DNA of 62,596 bases, counting the filler, from Rhabdomonas costata (taxonomy: Eukaryota): NCBI GenBank assembly GCA_019059605.1. It is 21 parts of 21 records of this genome, joined end to end, with 100 filler letters (N's around TTAATTAATTAA, not from the genome) between each part and the next. Parts side by side here need not be neighbours in the genome. Positions count along the whole stretch, not along the records: positions 11,930 to 14,941 come from JAHMHO010001829.1; positions 15,042 to 17,917 come from JAHMHO010001830.1; positions 18,018 to 20,893 come from JAHMHO010001831.1; positions 20,994 to 23,922 come from JAHMHO010001832.1; positions 24,023 to 26,897 come from JAHMHO010001833.1; 16 more parts are not named here. One strand, 5' to 3'. The translations under genes were made by a program, and so were the position numbers. Shown here in pieces: positions 13,261 to 24,840 of this stretch. Position 1 is the first letter of the stretch; the number at the start of each line of letters is the position of its first letter. The notes below the pieces were generated by a model. The model was not told where the DNA came from and ran no database searches. It worked only from the letters and a program-made list of their open reading frames with translations.

Positions 13261-14109
13261 GTGCGACGTCGGCGCACGGCACGCGAAAAAGCTGAGCCCG
13301 TCAAATTCATCGACGCAATCGTATCGCAGACGGTACGCACATGGAAGCACGTGAGTACAATGGTAAGAGAACATAAGGACATGACTTCCCCACAGCAAGC
13401 TTCGCTCCCGAAAAACGGAGGGGATGAGCGGGTTGCAAATGGCCCGAAACTGGCGCACCTGAGAGGTCCTCTTTAGCTTGTATGGCCCGCCCTGGAGCCC
13501 CCACAGGCGGGTAAAGATCGGGTCTTCCCAGGGGAAGTCCGCTTGTATCACAGGAGAGACCTGCGCAAAAAAGAAGACCGCTGATCTCCGTTGACCTGGT
13601 TCGACCAGCCGAGCGGAGGTACAGGGGTGTCAAAAGGGTTGTCGGGAGAAATCAAGGGAACCGGGTCTCTCAATGCGTCTCCTTGAAAAACGACAAAACA
13701 GCCACAGAGGTTGCGGTCCCCCAACATTTCTCCTACAATAACAATGGAAATAGGGCTTGGAAGAGGAAGATCACAATCTCAGCCATGTGTGTTCTATGAT
13801 CGTTTCTTCCTTTCTCAGGGACATGAACACCACACCACACAACACCACACAACCAGACAATTGGAGTTGGAAGGATCGCGAAGAAGATCGCCCAAAAGAT
13901 TGTGCACATGCCCACTCAACGCACAGAACGCGCACCTGAGGTGAGCCCCCAAAGCCAACCTCCTCGGGGGCGCTGCTTCCCACCGCCTCCTCTCCACTCG
14001 GCGAGGCACTGTAATGGCGTGCTCCGCGGCGCTGGGCATCCAGGAGGGCCCTCCTCCCCACGGCCCCAAACCGCCGCAGCCCCGCCAGCACCGGACGGAT
14101 CAGCGCCAT
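13261..14109 (-). CDS. 5' exons of a probable mitochondrion-targeted protein: 14109-13936, 13560-13459, probable 13335-13261
   Basis: MALIRPVLAGLRRFGAVGRRALLDAQRRGARHYS is Arg-rich and presequence-like. The first intron is GT-AG in phase. The third exon (YRLRYDCVDEFDGLSFFACRAPTSH) would need a CG acceptor. Confidence 0.65.
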
Positions 14110-16231
14110 TGACAGAAGAAAGGGGCACAACGAGGCAGGCGAGCGAGCAAAAACAGAAACCGCCAAAGAAAAAAGAAACTGCGGCAGTAACAATTACAAG
14201 GGATGAAACCTTTACAAAGGGAAGCGCCCAAGGTGAAGAGACTGTGAAATTCCCAACACAGTGGAGAGAAATCGTCATAACATATCCCCCTACTCCCATC
14301 CGACTTTTACCACTCCCCATTCTCACAAATAGGGAGCTCCAATCACAAATCAGGATCAAATTATACAAAACGGTTTATGGAGCGTTGGGTCAGACGATCG
14401 TATAAACGGTTATGTTCTCTAATCAGAACTCTAAGACTGAAAGCAGTTGCCTGTAACACCTTTCGTATTGAAAGTGAGGCAAGCGGTGGGGCTTTTCCAC
14501 CTCTCATGGTCAAAACGCTGAGCAGATCCAGCTGAAGCATCGAGGACAGCCGCTTGAGCACTGAGAATTCCACCTGCCACGGTTTTCAATTAGGGCCGTG
14601 AGGCCTATCGCAACTTTCGACGACCGCCCACCCGTCGACTTCCCTCCGTTTGGAAAAAGCAGACCACGATCACGGATTGCTTTGTCGTCCAGCAAAGGGC
14701 ACCGCATATGACTGTAACCAGAAAAAGCCGTGTCCTTGGAAGCACGTGGCGATGAGAGCAAAGGAAGGAAAGGGGGGCTGTGTAAATGTACACAAGCCCC
14801 GCTCCTACCTGCACCCAACAGGTGCCAAGCACTCAAAGCCAGAAACCAAGAAACAGAGCGTGTCCAAGCGCACCCCGGGGGGAAGGTGAATGCCCCCGAT
14901 CCGCTCCCTAAGCTGTTCCAAACCCCTGAGAAGGCAAACACNNNNNNNNNNNNNNNNNNNNNNNNNNNNNNNNNNNNNNNNNNNNTTAATTAATTAANNN
15001 NNNNNNNNNNNNNNNNNNNNNNNNNNNNNNNNNNNNNNNNNGGTACCTAACGGGGTTCCGTGATGGCATCGAAGCGTTTCGAGTCCTTGAGTGGCTATGC
15101 TGTTCGTGTTCGATCGAACGGCTGTGAAGCGTCTGAGATCTCTGATGATCTGAACCAGCCCTGGTGGTGCGAGTCGGGAAGGGCGCGCCTATCCATGGGG
15201 TTTTCAGAATACAAGCTCGGGCGCATGCCTGCAAGTCTGCAAGCCTAGTCTGCAGGGGCTCGCCCGCGCAGTACACACCTTCAACGGTCGCCAAAGTCGC
15301 ATTAGAAAACCATCAGATGGAACGCTTTCCTGGAGCTTGTCGGGATAGTGGGCTCCTCAGTCTCTGATGGGAGCAGCTGCGTGCTCCGGGGTTTGAGTCA
15401 AAATGCCGACATGGCGAATTGCCTAACGCAGCGGCTAGTGTAAGTCGGCTGTGGACTCTTTCGACCCCTCCCCTTAACTCCCCCACCCCGCTATTCACTT
15501 TTGCGCACCGGGCAGGTGTTGGGAGATCGGCCGAACTACGGTGGACCGTAGTCTACCTCCGCAGCAAGTGATTACCCCCATCCATTTAGCTTCAGAGATG
15601 GAATTTCATCCCCACGTTTGACTACCACAGGGCAACCCTTTGAAGCTTAGTCCTTGGGATGCTGGCGTGGTGACACCCTGAGTTTCACTGTCTCATTGAG
15701 TTGGATGCTGCGGGGCAACTGGTCTGCAAAAAGCGCAAGGGAAAATTACAATTTCCGCCAATAGCCACATTAAAGCAACAACAGGAAACCACAAATGACA
15801 CACTTTCTCAGCTCAATAAGATTCCCCACTGTCGTCCCGAAGCTCAACTGCACAAGAAAGCAGAACTGAGTGGGACCAAGCGCTGCTCTAAAAAAAACGG
15901 TCGCAATATGCGGTACAAAAAGGAAACAAAACTCGGAAATCGAAGAGTATGCAGTGAATCCTGCTAGAAAAAAAGAAATACAAATATGATCGGACTTCGG
16001 ACCTGCCTGAGTCAACTGCACACTCAGCTATCCCCCGGGGGGGGGGATGCCGATTGCACGCAGTTACACGTTCCTGAAACTAGGAAACCGCAACCCGGTG
16101 CCCGATAAATGTGAACAATGAACCTACCTCCACCACACAAACACACATACCAACAGCCAAAATCATACAGGCACAGGCATTCAAACAAAAACCATCCCGA
16201 CAGAACAAAAAACCCCGGGGTGAAAACGAAC

Positions 16232-17725
16232 CTGCATCTGACGGATCTCCCAAAGCCACGACAGCTGCGTCGAGTCCAACCCCATGTCGAGAGCCACGTC
16301 CATTCGCGCCACCCTCTCTAAATAGGCTGCTAAGGCACGCAGCGGCCGCGTGATGGCCAGGCTGAAGACAACCGCGCAGAGAATGGCCCCGGTAAGGATC
16401 CCCACGGCGATGCATATGGAGGCAATGACCCCAGTGCGGAAGTTGATGTCTGCATGTTTGTGCTCCCTTTTGGTGGATGCGCCCTAGTGCATGTGTGCGT
16501 CCTTGAGAGCCGGGATTTCCCCGAGGTAGGCTCTTTCCGCCCTCCCCCACCCCGCCCCGAGAGTCCCGGTTTTGGTGGCTAAGGTTTTCGAAATTTTGGA
16601 AGGAAAAAAAGAATCGATCTTTTTTTCCTGTTTTTTCTGGAAGCAATGAATATATCTTTACATTCTTTGAATTTTGGTTAGAAGCGGTTCTGGCTAGGCG
16701 GGAGTCAATCCCTCAATCTCTGCTTTCCTTGCTCAGCCTCCTTGAGGTTTATAAAGTGCACAGGACTTTGCGTGGACGAAGACAAGCAAAAAGCTAGCTC
16801 GTCGCTGCACCTATTAGACCACTTAGAACAGTCCAACGCAACAGTCAGCAGTGAGGCAGACGTGACGCTGTTCCCCCCCACCATTTACTCGAAACCAGCA
16901 CGTACCTCCCTGTTGGCCTGGACACCAGCGCTTTCGAGCTCCGCCAAAACGCTGGCCGACTGTTCCGCAATGCTCTGCCGCAGCGAACCGAACGAGTCCA
17001 GGACCAACCCCTGGACAAGCCGCACCGGAAGCACGCACACCGCCACCAATTCAAGGTTCAGCACCTGCACCTGGGCTGTCCGTACGAAGTACTCTGTGGT
17101 CCGGCCTGTGGTCAGGTTGGTCAGATTCACAGTGTCAACCACGCCAAAGCTCAGGTTGGCCCAGCTGCCATACTTCTGCAACAGAAACCTCGCGGACTGG
17201 TTCACGATAACCTCCGGGTAGGAGAGGACGTCCTCGATGGGACGGAAGGACTAAACAGGTAGAGGAACAGATGCAGCCGATTATATCCAAAGCACAAGCA
17301 CTTGTTAAACGGGGCACTTTTCAAAAGAACTAATTCACCGCCAAGCTGCAGACCTGAGCGAGAACTTTGCTCAGCATGTCCGCGGTGAGGGTCTGCACTT
17401 GCGCCTGCGAGGCCGAAGAGGCTGCCATCATCGAGCTCGACGAAAGCTCCACCGTCCGCGTCAACGCCGACCCAGCCTGCTCCGCTGTGGTGGCCATGAT
17501 GGTGGCGCTGCGGTTGGAGATACTCAGCATCGTTCTGGATGAAGAGTCCTTCAGATCCCTCAGCGCACCGCTGGAGTACCGAACCATCACCAGCACCACC
17601 AGCAGTGTGGTCAACACAAGGGCCAGCACAAAGAATACCAGGCTGACGGCACGGACGGATAAGAGCCTCCACAGTCGAGACTCCGCGGAACGAGGTGTGA
17701 AGGCTGTGACGGGTGATCGCGCCAT
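16232..17725 (-). CDS. Two-TM sensor protein with HAMP domain (N-terminal part; probable cyclase/kinase receptor), exons 17725-17354, 17250-16906, 16483-16232
   Basis: In-phase GT-AG joins. TM1 VSLVFFVLALVLTTLLVVLVMV, helical ectodomain, TM2 ICIAVGILTGAILCAVVFSLA, then HAMP-like ITRPLRALAAYLERVARMD..WEIRQMQ. Confidence 0.8.
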
Positions 17726-18235
17726 GCGGGCAGTCCACCAGCAAAAAAAGCAAGAAAAGGAGGGGAGGGGGCAAAAAAGGCACACCGATGAATCCAAAAA
17801 GAATGAGACTGGAGCAGAGGATACTTGCAATGGGCCCTCAAGTCGACATACGGACATGAGAGGACGCGACTCCCGCTACTTGCTCGGGCAATTTCGTACT
17901 TCCGTATCCAACCCACANNNNNNNNNNNNNNNNNNNNNNNNNNNNNNNNNNNNNNNNNNNNTTAATTAATTAANNNNNNNNNNNNNNNNNNNNNNNNNNN
18001 NNNNNNNNNNNNNNNNNGTTTTGTTGGCCACCAAGGTGGTAGCTGAGTGGAAAAAAGGAATTCACATTTAAATACGTATGCGAGCAAATACTCCGCACGA
18101 AAAACTCCAGATGTCGCAATTTACGACCCGACAAGTCGGCAAACGATATAACCCGATGTGTCATTCCTTTTTACCATGCACCCCACGGGATCCCAAAGCA
18201 CGCAACCCTCCTCCACTCCCCCCACCGTATAGAAC

Positions 18236-18788
18236 CATTGTCAGGGCAGTTGTGGATGTGCCGGCAGTGGGAGCCGAAGCGGCAGGCCCCGGTCAGCCTG
18301 AACAGGATGCACCCTTCTTGCTGTGAGCAAGCCAACGGATGCTTAGCGCGAGGTATCCCTGTTACCATTGGCTTGGCTCAATTGGGAGGGTTGACAGACA
18401 TGTGTGAGTCAGCGCTTTTCATCGCATTACACAGAAGCCACAGTTACAGCTTGACATTAAGGCTCGTGAGTGGGGATAGCACCCTCGTGAGAGAGGGTAC
18501 AGCACGCAAGCATCCCGAGGCGGTGCACTATACTTGTGAATTAGTAACTCGTCATTTTCGGAGTTGGGTTCTTTCGTTGCTGCGGCTCAGATTACTCAGA
18601 CGCCCAACCGCGGTAGAAAACCAACCAACCACCTGACACCCCCATCATCCCAACTTCGCATAATGAAAGTGGGAACAGCTGCGGTTCTAATAGTCGCGGT
18701 GGTGGTGAGGATTAGGCCCGCGCACACGCCTGCGCACCGAAGGAGGAGGAATGGGTGCTCGAGGGTCACCGGAAGCCTCCGCTGCAGG
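18236..18788 (-). CDS. CCCH zinc-finger protein fragment, exons 18788-18738 and 18320-18236
   Basis: CILFRLTGACRFGSHCRHIH is a canonical C-x8-C-x5-C-x3-H finger. CAG acceptors and GT donors join in phase. Confidence 0.75.
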
Positions 18789-19765
18789 CTGTACAAAACA
18801 GAGAAGCAGTCAAAGCAAATATCCACACAAAACTGGGACACAAGACGCAAGGAACTTGACGCAATTGCACACCGCCAGACTCCAAATCCGTTTTTTGTCC
18901 GGGGCGTAAAACATTTAGCACTGCTACACGGTCATAAATTTCTCAACCCCCTATATATTAAAGTATGTCCTTCTTAGGGAGGAGCAATATTCCTAGCCCC
19001 ACTTTGCCAAAGTAAACGCAGTTAGTTGACACAGTTTACCTAACCCCGTGCCCAAAAAGTGTTCCTTTCAGTTATTCAGCACAGCTAACGGTGCAGTCAT
19101 GCTAAAAGGAGCTTCGCCTCGCTTCGCCCTCACCGCAGGGGTGTTATTTTTTTGGCTGCACTCAGGATTGGCTACCAGCCGCTGTTTCTTTCTTCTCCAT
19201 CTCTATCGGGGGCTGAGAGTGCCACCCCACCACGAGAAGGTAGGTCAAGACAGAGCGTGCGATAGAATTCAGAAGGGACTGCTTGAGCTCACGTGGGCGA
19301 ACGATTCGACTTTCCGAGAAGCCCTTCAACGGTGTAAAAAAAAACTTCACGTGGGGACTATGACACAGATTGCCAAACCCCTTGTGACAAAATGTCGTGA
19401 TAGGGGAATGGGGTGGGTGCGCAGCCCCAGGGCCGCACCTGACGGGCATCCACCGCTAACCCGATACTGTCCCTCTTCTTCGGCAAAACACAACCTTAAT
19501 CCCCATTTCCTTCGTCACGAGCAGCGAGAAAGAAGGGATGTGATTGAATTATCAGCCTGCCCGCACAGGCGGGCCCCGTATAACGTCCTGCAGGGCAAAC
19601 AAGATGCCATGGAAGGCAGTGCTCACTATAGCCGGTACGTCCAGCGAATAGGACGTGTACAGCCAGTGGTGCCTGATAGCAGAGGATTCCGAACCCGGAT
19701 CGTTGGACAAGGAATGAGGCCCCCCGGCCAGCAGGCCGCAAGAGTCACACAAAGCAAGCGCATAC

Positions 19766-20397
19766 TGGATGGCCATGGTGATCTCCTCGAAGGTGGCGTT
19801 TTGCGTGGGGAAGATGATAAATGGGGGCTGGTTGATCGCTGAGAAAGCGAGAAAGAGAGAGAGAGAGAAACGAGACACGCCCTGACACCACCGATTTGGG
19901 TTTCTTATCACAATTTTCAGTTCCGAAAAAAACTTGGAAAACATTTGGAAGAGGATTGCGAGTTTCGGATTTCCAACCCAGCGTCCCTTCACGGTGCACT
20001 CGGGTCATTTTCAGTGGTGACCTGTCCAAGGCCCCCCTCTACATTCTTCTGCATCATGCATGCATGCAATAGGTTTCCGTCTAAATAGAAGCCGACGCTG
20101 TTTCACATTTTTCTGTACTGTGTGTTGACCTCATAGCTCAACGAGAATGTTGCGATCAAAACCTAAAAATGCGCGTGCGCATCTCTATGTGAGTGAGTGA
20201 GTGGAGTGAGTGAGCTCTTGTGGTGTGTGGCGGTGGACGGGGCACGTACGGCGCACGCTGAAGGTCAGCGTCACGGTGTCCTGCTGGGGGGTGCCTCCGT
20301 CGAGTCCTTGGTCGTTGACGTTGATGGTGAGGCTGCACCCCCCGGTGAGGAGGTAGTTGTAATACAACGCCCCCTTGAACACCAGTGCAGGCAGGAT
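19766..20397 (-). CDS. Cadherin-like/Ig-like repeat surface protein fragment, exons 20397-20250 and 19838-~19766
   Basis: Spliced SLTINVNDQGLDGGTPQQDTVTLTFSVRPINQPPFIIFP..EE shows the V.D.G and V.P.N.[A/P]P linker motifs of cadherin-like repeats. The second donor position is uncertain. Confidence 0.7.
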
Positions 20398-20993
20398 CTG
20401 AGTGTGTGTGTGTGTGTGTGTGTGCGTCTCAAGGGGTTACAGCGGAAAGGAGTTCGGAAGAAGGCTAAAATACAGTGTTCTATTCTCCCTAGCCTGGGAC
20501 CCACCAGCAATCAAATATTCGAAAAGTATCGCGGTGGAGACTTCAACTTGGCGAACTTAAGACGCTCTAATCTTGTCTTTTGTCAAATGAGACCATTTAG
20601 AACCTAATTGAAGCTTTTCCGGGAAGTAACATCTCCACTGTGCTATTAATAACGGAGGCACCTCTTCCTTCTTTGAATTACACACATTAAAAACATCACC
20701 AACAGCAGAGAAAGAGTTCTAACCCCGTCCCGCCAGAATCTTACCGATTGGACCTGTATCTTGCGCTTTTGCGTTTGCGTTTTGATGGTTTTTGTTTTCA
20801 GGTTTGCTTGTTTGCTAACTTGCCCCTCTGTCAGCGCATGAGCCCGAACCGGACCACTAAAATTGCAGCGTCACATTCTTGAAACAAAACCCCNNNNNNN
20901 NNNNNNNNNNNNNNNNNNNNNNNNNNNNNNNNNNNNNTTAATTAATTAANNNNNNNNNNNNNNNNNNNNNNNNNNNNNNNNNNNNNNNNNNNN

Positions 20994-23361
20994 GACGTGG
21001 ATGCCGACCCGCACACGGAGCCCACACCACAGTCGTGCTCCAGAGGGGTTAAGCTCGTGCAGGCCATCGGGGAGGCACAGCAGGCTGTCGGGCCAGGGCG
21101 CGGCCATCATCGCCAGCTGCAGCTGGGCAGCAAAGCGCACCGCCAGGGCTGCACTGGGAAAGGCTATGAAGAAGCTGTCTCCGATAGTCTTCACCTCGTA
21201 CCCCTCTGAAGGAGACCAAAACCCCGAGAGAGCCATTCACACGTAGTTCAGAAAACGAGACGATCCGTCTCACCGGAAAACCTATCACCAGAGCACGTCG
21301 CCCTGCCTCTAAACAACAAACAAGGACACCAACACAACTCAAGAGCGAACAAACGAGTGCGTGCTGCGTCGGCTTGAGGAATCTTTCCATCTCTCTTATC
21401 CATTATCTCCTATCGAGTCATCTTACCTCCCCCTTTCCCAAAACAGACCCCCTTTGCTCCACCCAGCGCAAAAAACAAACCCGCGGACCGCATACCGTAG
21501 AGGTGAATCAGCGTTCGGACAACCCCGTTGTGGACCTCCAGGGCCTCGTGCATCTCCGGGTAGGTCTCCCAAAGGTGGGTGGAGTTCTGGATGTCCGTGA
21601 ACACGAACGCCAGCACGCCGTGCGGAACAGAGTGCAGCGCACGCCGCCGCCTTGCCCGGCGCCGGGCATAGAGCAACGCAAAGGCGGCCAAGAGCAATGC
21701 GGTCACACACGTGGGGACCCCGATGGCCACTCTCATCCACCGCAGGCTGGCGGGCGGGGCGATGCAACGCCCCAGCGGGACACTGGAGTCGAACACCAGG
21801 GTGCTGGCACACGGCTCGCAGGTGCCCTAGAAGGAAGAGGTTGGGGCATGCAACGACCAGCTGAGACAAAGGCTGAGTCCCAAGAATCCAGCTGGGTGAG
21901 AGGTCTGCTCGCAACTGTACGAGAGAACAAAGCGTCGAACTATACCCATATCGCTCCTACCCCAGCTCAAAGCAAGAACCTGTCAAGCACAAGCACGAGG
22001 AGACTGTTTGCAACAAAAGGACATGAAGTGTTCCGACCCCTCGAAGGAAGCAGAAACAAACCTGCAGAATATCGAAGACATAGGGCGTCACGCAGCGCGT
22101 GCAGCTCATTCCCCTCAGGCTGAACGTTCGAGGGCTGTCGTGCAGCTCCCCATCAAACAGAGTAACTACAAAGCTGTCCACAAAATCCGGTCCACAGCTG
22201 AGGTACGCCGTGACCTCGGCCATGCTGGGGCGATACCACACCCCCGCCCCAACACCCCACGAGGAGTTCAGCCCAAGAATCACGCCGCCAACGGCCGGCG
22301 AGAGGCTCAGCGTGCCCGCGCTGGGTAGCCCCACCAGCACCCAGGTCAGGTTTGTGGGCCACTCTGGCATGTCCACGTCGGTGCCGTTGAGGAGAAGAGC
22401 GGTGGGTGTATCCTGGCTCACGCTGACGGTGGTGAAGGGTACCCACTGCGGGGCATGGTTGACGTGGATGATGGTGAGGTTAAAGGAAAATTGTGAGGTC
22501 ACCCTAACGCAGGGAAGGGTGAAGCAGTGATGGAAATCATCATCGTTCAGCCCCAATAGAAGGAAACGGATTCTTCGCAGGTCAGAGGTCTTGTTTTTCC
22601 CCGGTTCTCCAAGGGTTGAATGTTCGGCAACAAACTGAAATACCAAAAGGCCGGATGACTTGGAAATTCCACGAATGATTTCTCGTCTGGAGGGCTTACC
22701 TGCAGTATTTCGCTGATGGGCAAAAGGATTCTTCCCACGAAAGCTCCTGCTTTTTTGCGACTACCCAAGCTCGGAGGAAACAACGCAAATTCAGCCAGAA
22801 GCGCTCTCCTCGATACCTGGAGACGTCTCCAAGGCAGTTCGTTAAGGTGAATATGAAGGAGTCTGAGCCGCAGCTCTGCCCCTGAGGGTAGTACTCCAGA
22901 TGGTAAGGGGGTCCGATCTGACCCGATGGGGCATCGCTCGTCCCAATCAGCATCACCCCCGCCACCTCAAAGTAGGACTGGGTCACACTGGCGTCGAACT
23001 GGGCGCACCAACCGGCACACCGGACATGCGGAAAGAAGGGAGAAAGAAGGGAGAAGGGAGAAGGGGCTTTACCTGAACCCATCATTAGCGCGAGCAGTTG
23101 CCAAGCAAAGAAAAAGCTATAAAAAAAGCTACGAATGAACGAGTACCCACTGAAACGTCTTCTGGATTCACAATTGTTCAGCAAGGTGGGAAGGACAGCA
23201 AGAGCAGACATGAAAAAGAAATGAAAACAATAATTCACATAAAGGGAAGACGCTGAAAAATGGCGGTTACAAAAGAGATGGGTAAAAAAGATGGGCAGGA
23301 GAGAAACTAAGTTACAAGCGACCAAGAGGGGTCCGCCAAACTGGGGTTCAAGTAATAAAGG

Positions 23362-23397
<36 letters not shown>

Positions 23398-23807
23398 CGA
23401 GGAGTGACCTCGGGAGAGCTAGAGAGGAGAGGAGAGGAGCCATCTTCACAGACCCAATGACCGAGTAATGATGATGTCGTGTTGTAGAAGAATTAGGGTA
23501 GGGGAAAAGAATGGGTCTAGAAAGAAGAAACCATCAATTCAAAATTCATCTATTCTGGATTGAAGCAGGCAAGACAAGGGAGCCAAAGAGCACAAGGGAA
23601 CAAAGCAGACCCATGCGGGGAGCGAGCGAGGCACACCTCCAGGCGGAGTACGTCCACGGGGAAGGGAGTGCCGCAGATTGGAAACCCACGGTACGGCGGA
23701 GCCTCGGGGTCCTCGCCAACCACACTGCCCATCCAAAGGGTAAGCCAGGCCCCCTCCGCCCGGGGGTCTGGAGTCCGGACGCGCACCAGAGACTTGGGGC
23801 CGGCGTT
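20994..23807 (-). CDS. Receptor-type adenylate cyclase with cadherin-like ectodomain (partial), exons 23807-23637, 22998-22817, 22503-22062, 21826-21496, 21205-20994
   Basis: All joins are GT-AG in phase. Ectodomain motifs GSDSFIFT, VNHAP, QDT, GTDVD, P..GTL, DSF..DG; Cys-rich stalk; single TM followed by RRRARRRR; cyclase motifs FTDIQNSTHLW, GYEVKTIGDSF and GLRVRVGIH. Confidence 0.92.
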
Positions 23808-24083
23808 CTACGCATAAACAAGCAAGAGCAGAAGTGAAAGGAAGCGCCGAGCGAGGTTGGCATGGCTGCGACAACCAAAATCCATTCGAAGTATTTTTGG
23901 ATCTCAACGGGTAACCCAACAANNNNNNNNNNNNNNNNNNNNNNNNNNNNNNNNNNNNNNNNNNNNTTAATTAATTAANNNNNNNNNNNNNNNNNNNNNN
24001 NNNNNNNNNNNNNNNNNNNNNNTGCGGCGTAGTGCCTTGAACCCTGGCAAACTGTTCTGCCGAAGTTTGCGCGAACCTGTCTT

Positions 24084-24573
24084 AACTGAGCGTTTTTATA
24101 CGGCACACAAAAAACACCACCCGCTAAAATACAGTCTAAAAAGCCTTCTGTTCGACATGTCACGTCATAAATTCTCAGTTTCGGGAAGTTCCTCCCGTTG
24201 CATTTTTTGGTTCACGGACCTAGGGATTAAGAGCGAAGTACCGGGTCCAAAACAGACCTCACAGAAAAGGTCAAATCTCCGAAAACCCGGCTCCATGAAC
24301 ATAAAAGGGTCTGCTTACACCCAGGCTTTTCTGGGGTCTTCCTCACCACTTTGCGCGGGATTGCCGCGCATTTTTCGGGCAAACAGCTCTTTTTTTGTTG
24401 ATGGCGCGGAAACAGAGACATCAAGAAGCTCAGAATGCACGCCGGTAACCCCGACGGCGCCATGTTCGGAAAACGCCCTGCCCGTTTGGCGCGGATAGCT
24501 CCACAAACTGCTGGCCACATACTTATGCTTAGCAAGCCACACCGTAAACTGAGCGTTTTTATACGGCGCACAA
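24084..24573 (+). repeat. 27-bp direct repeat pair (24084-24110, 24547-24573)
   Basis: aactgagcgtttttatacggcRcacaa occurs twice with one mismatch; the first copy starts within a TTAA. Confidence 0.85.
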
Positions 24574-24676
24574 CAGGATGCCGCGAAGGACCACCGGTAC
24601 AAATATAGGCTGTATAGGCTTCGGGGTGTAACTAGCTGTCACGGACACCGCGGGTACCCAGGAACCAGACATGGCC

Positions 24677-24840
24677 GGTCTTATGTCTGAGTGGTCTGAG
24701 GGCCGGGCTCGTGGCTGCAAGGTCGCGGGTTCGACTCCCAGACCTTGTCGAGGCGGCCACACCAAGACGAGTGGCCCGTCTTGGCTCCTGGTTCCCGTCC
24801 GCCGCCAGTGCGAAGCCCATGCGCAATGGGCAGGGGGCCG
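24677..24840 (+). mobile_element. tRNA-derived SINE-like element or pseudo-tRNA with structured tail
   Basis: A-box-like TGTCTGAGTGG (24684), B-box GGTTCGACTCC (24728) and residual acceptor stem GGTCT/AGACC. About 4 nt are missing at the T-stem/acceptor junction and the anticodon stem is poor. Confidence 0.7.

Noticed and set aside
18236-23807. One giant cadherin-cyclase-CCCH gene or gene cluster
   Set aside because: A linker separates the contigs, and no in-phase join between the cadherin-like and CCCH exons could be supported.
24677-24750. Functional tRNA gene
   Set aside because: The T-stem/acceptor junction is deleted and the anticodon stem does not pair; treated as a SINE head or pseudogene.
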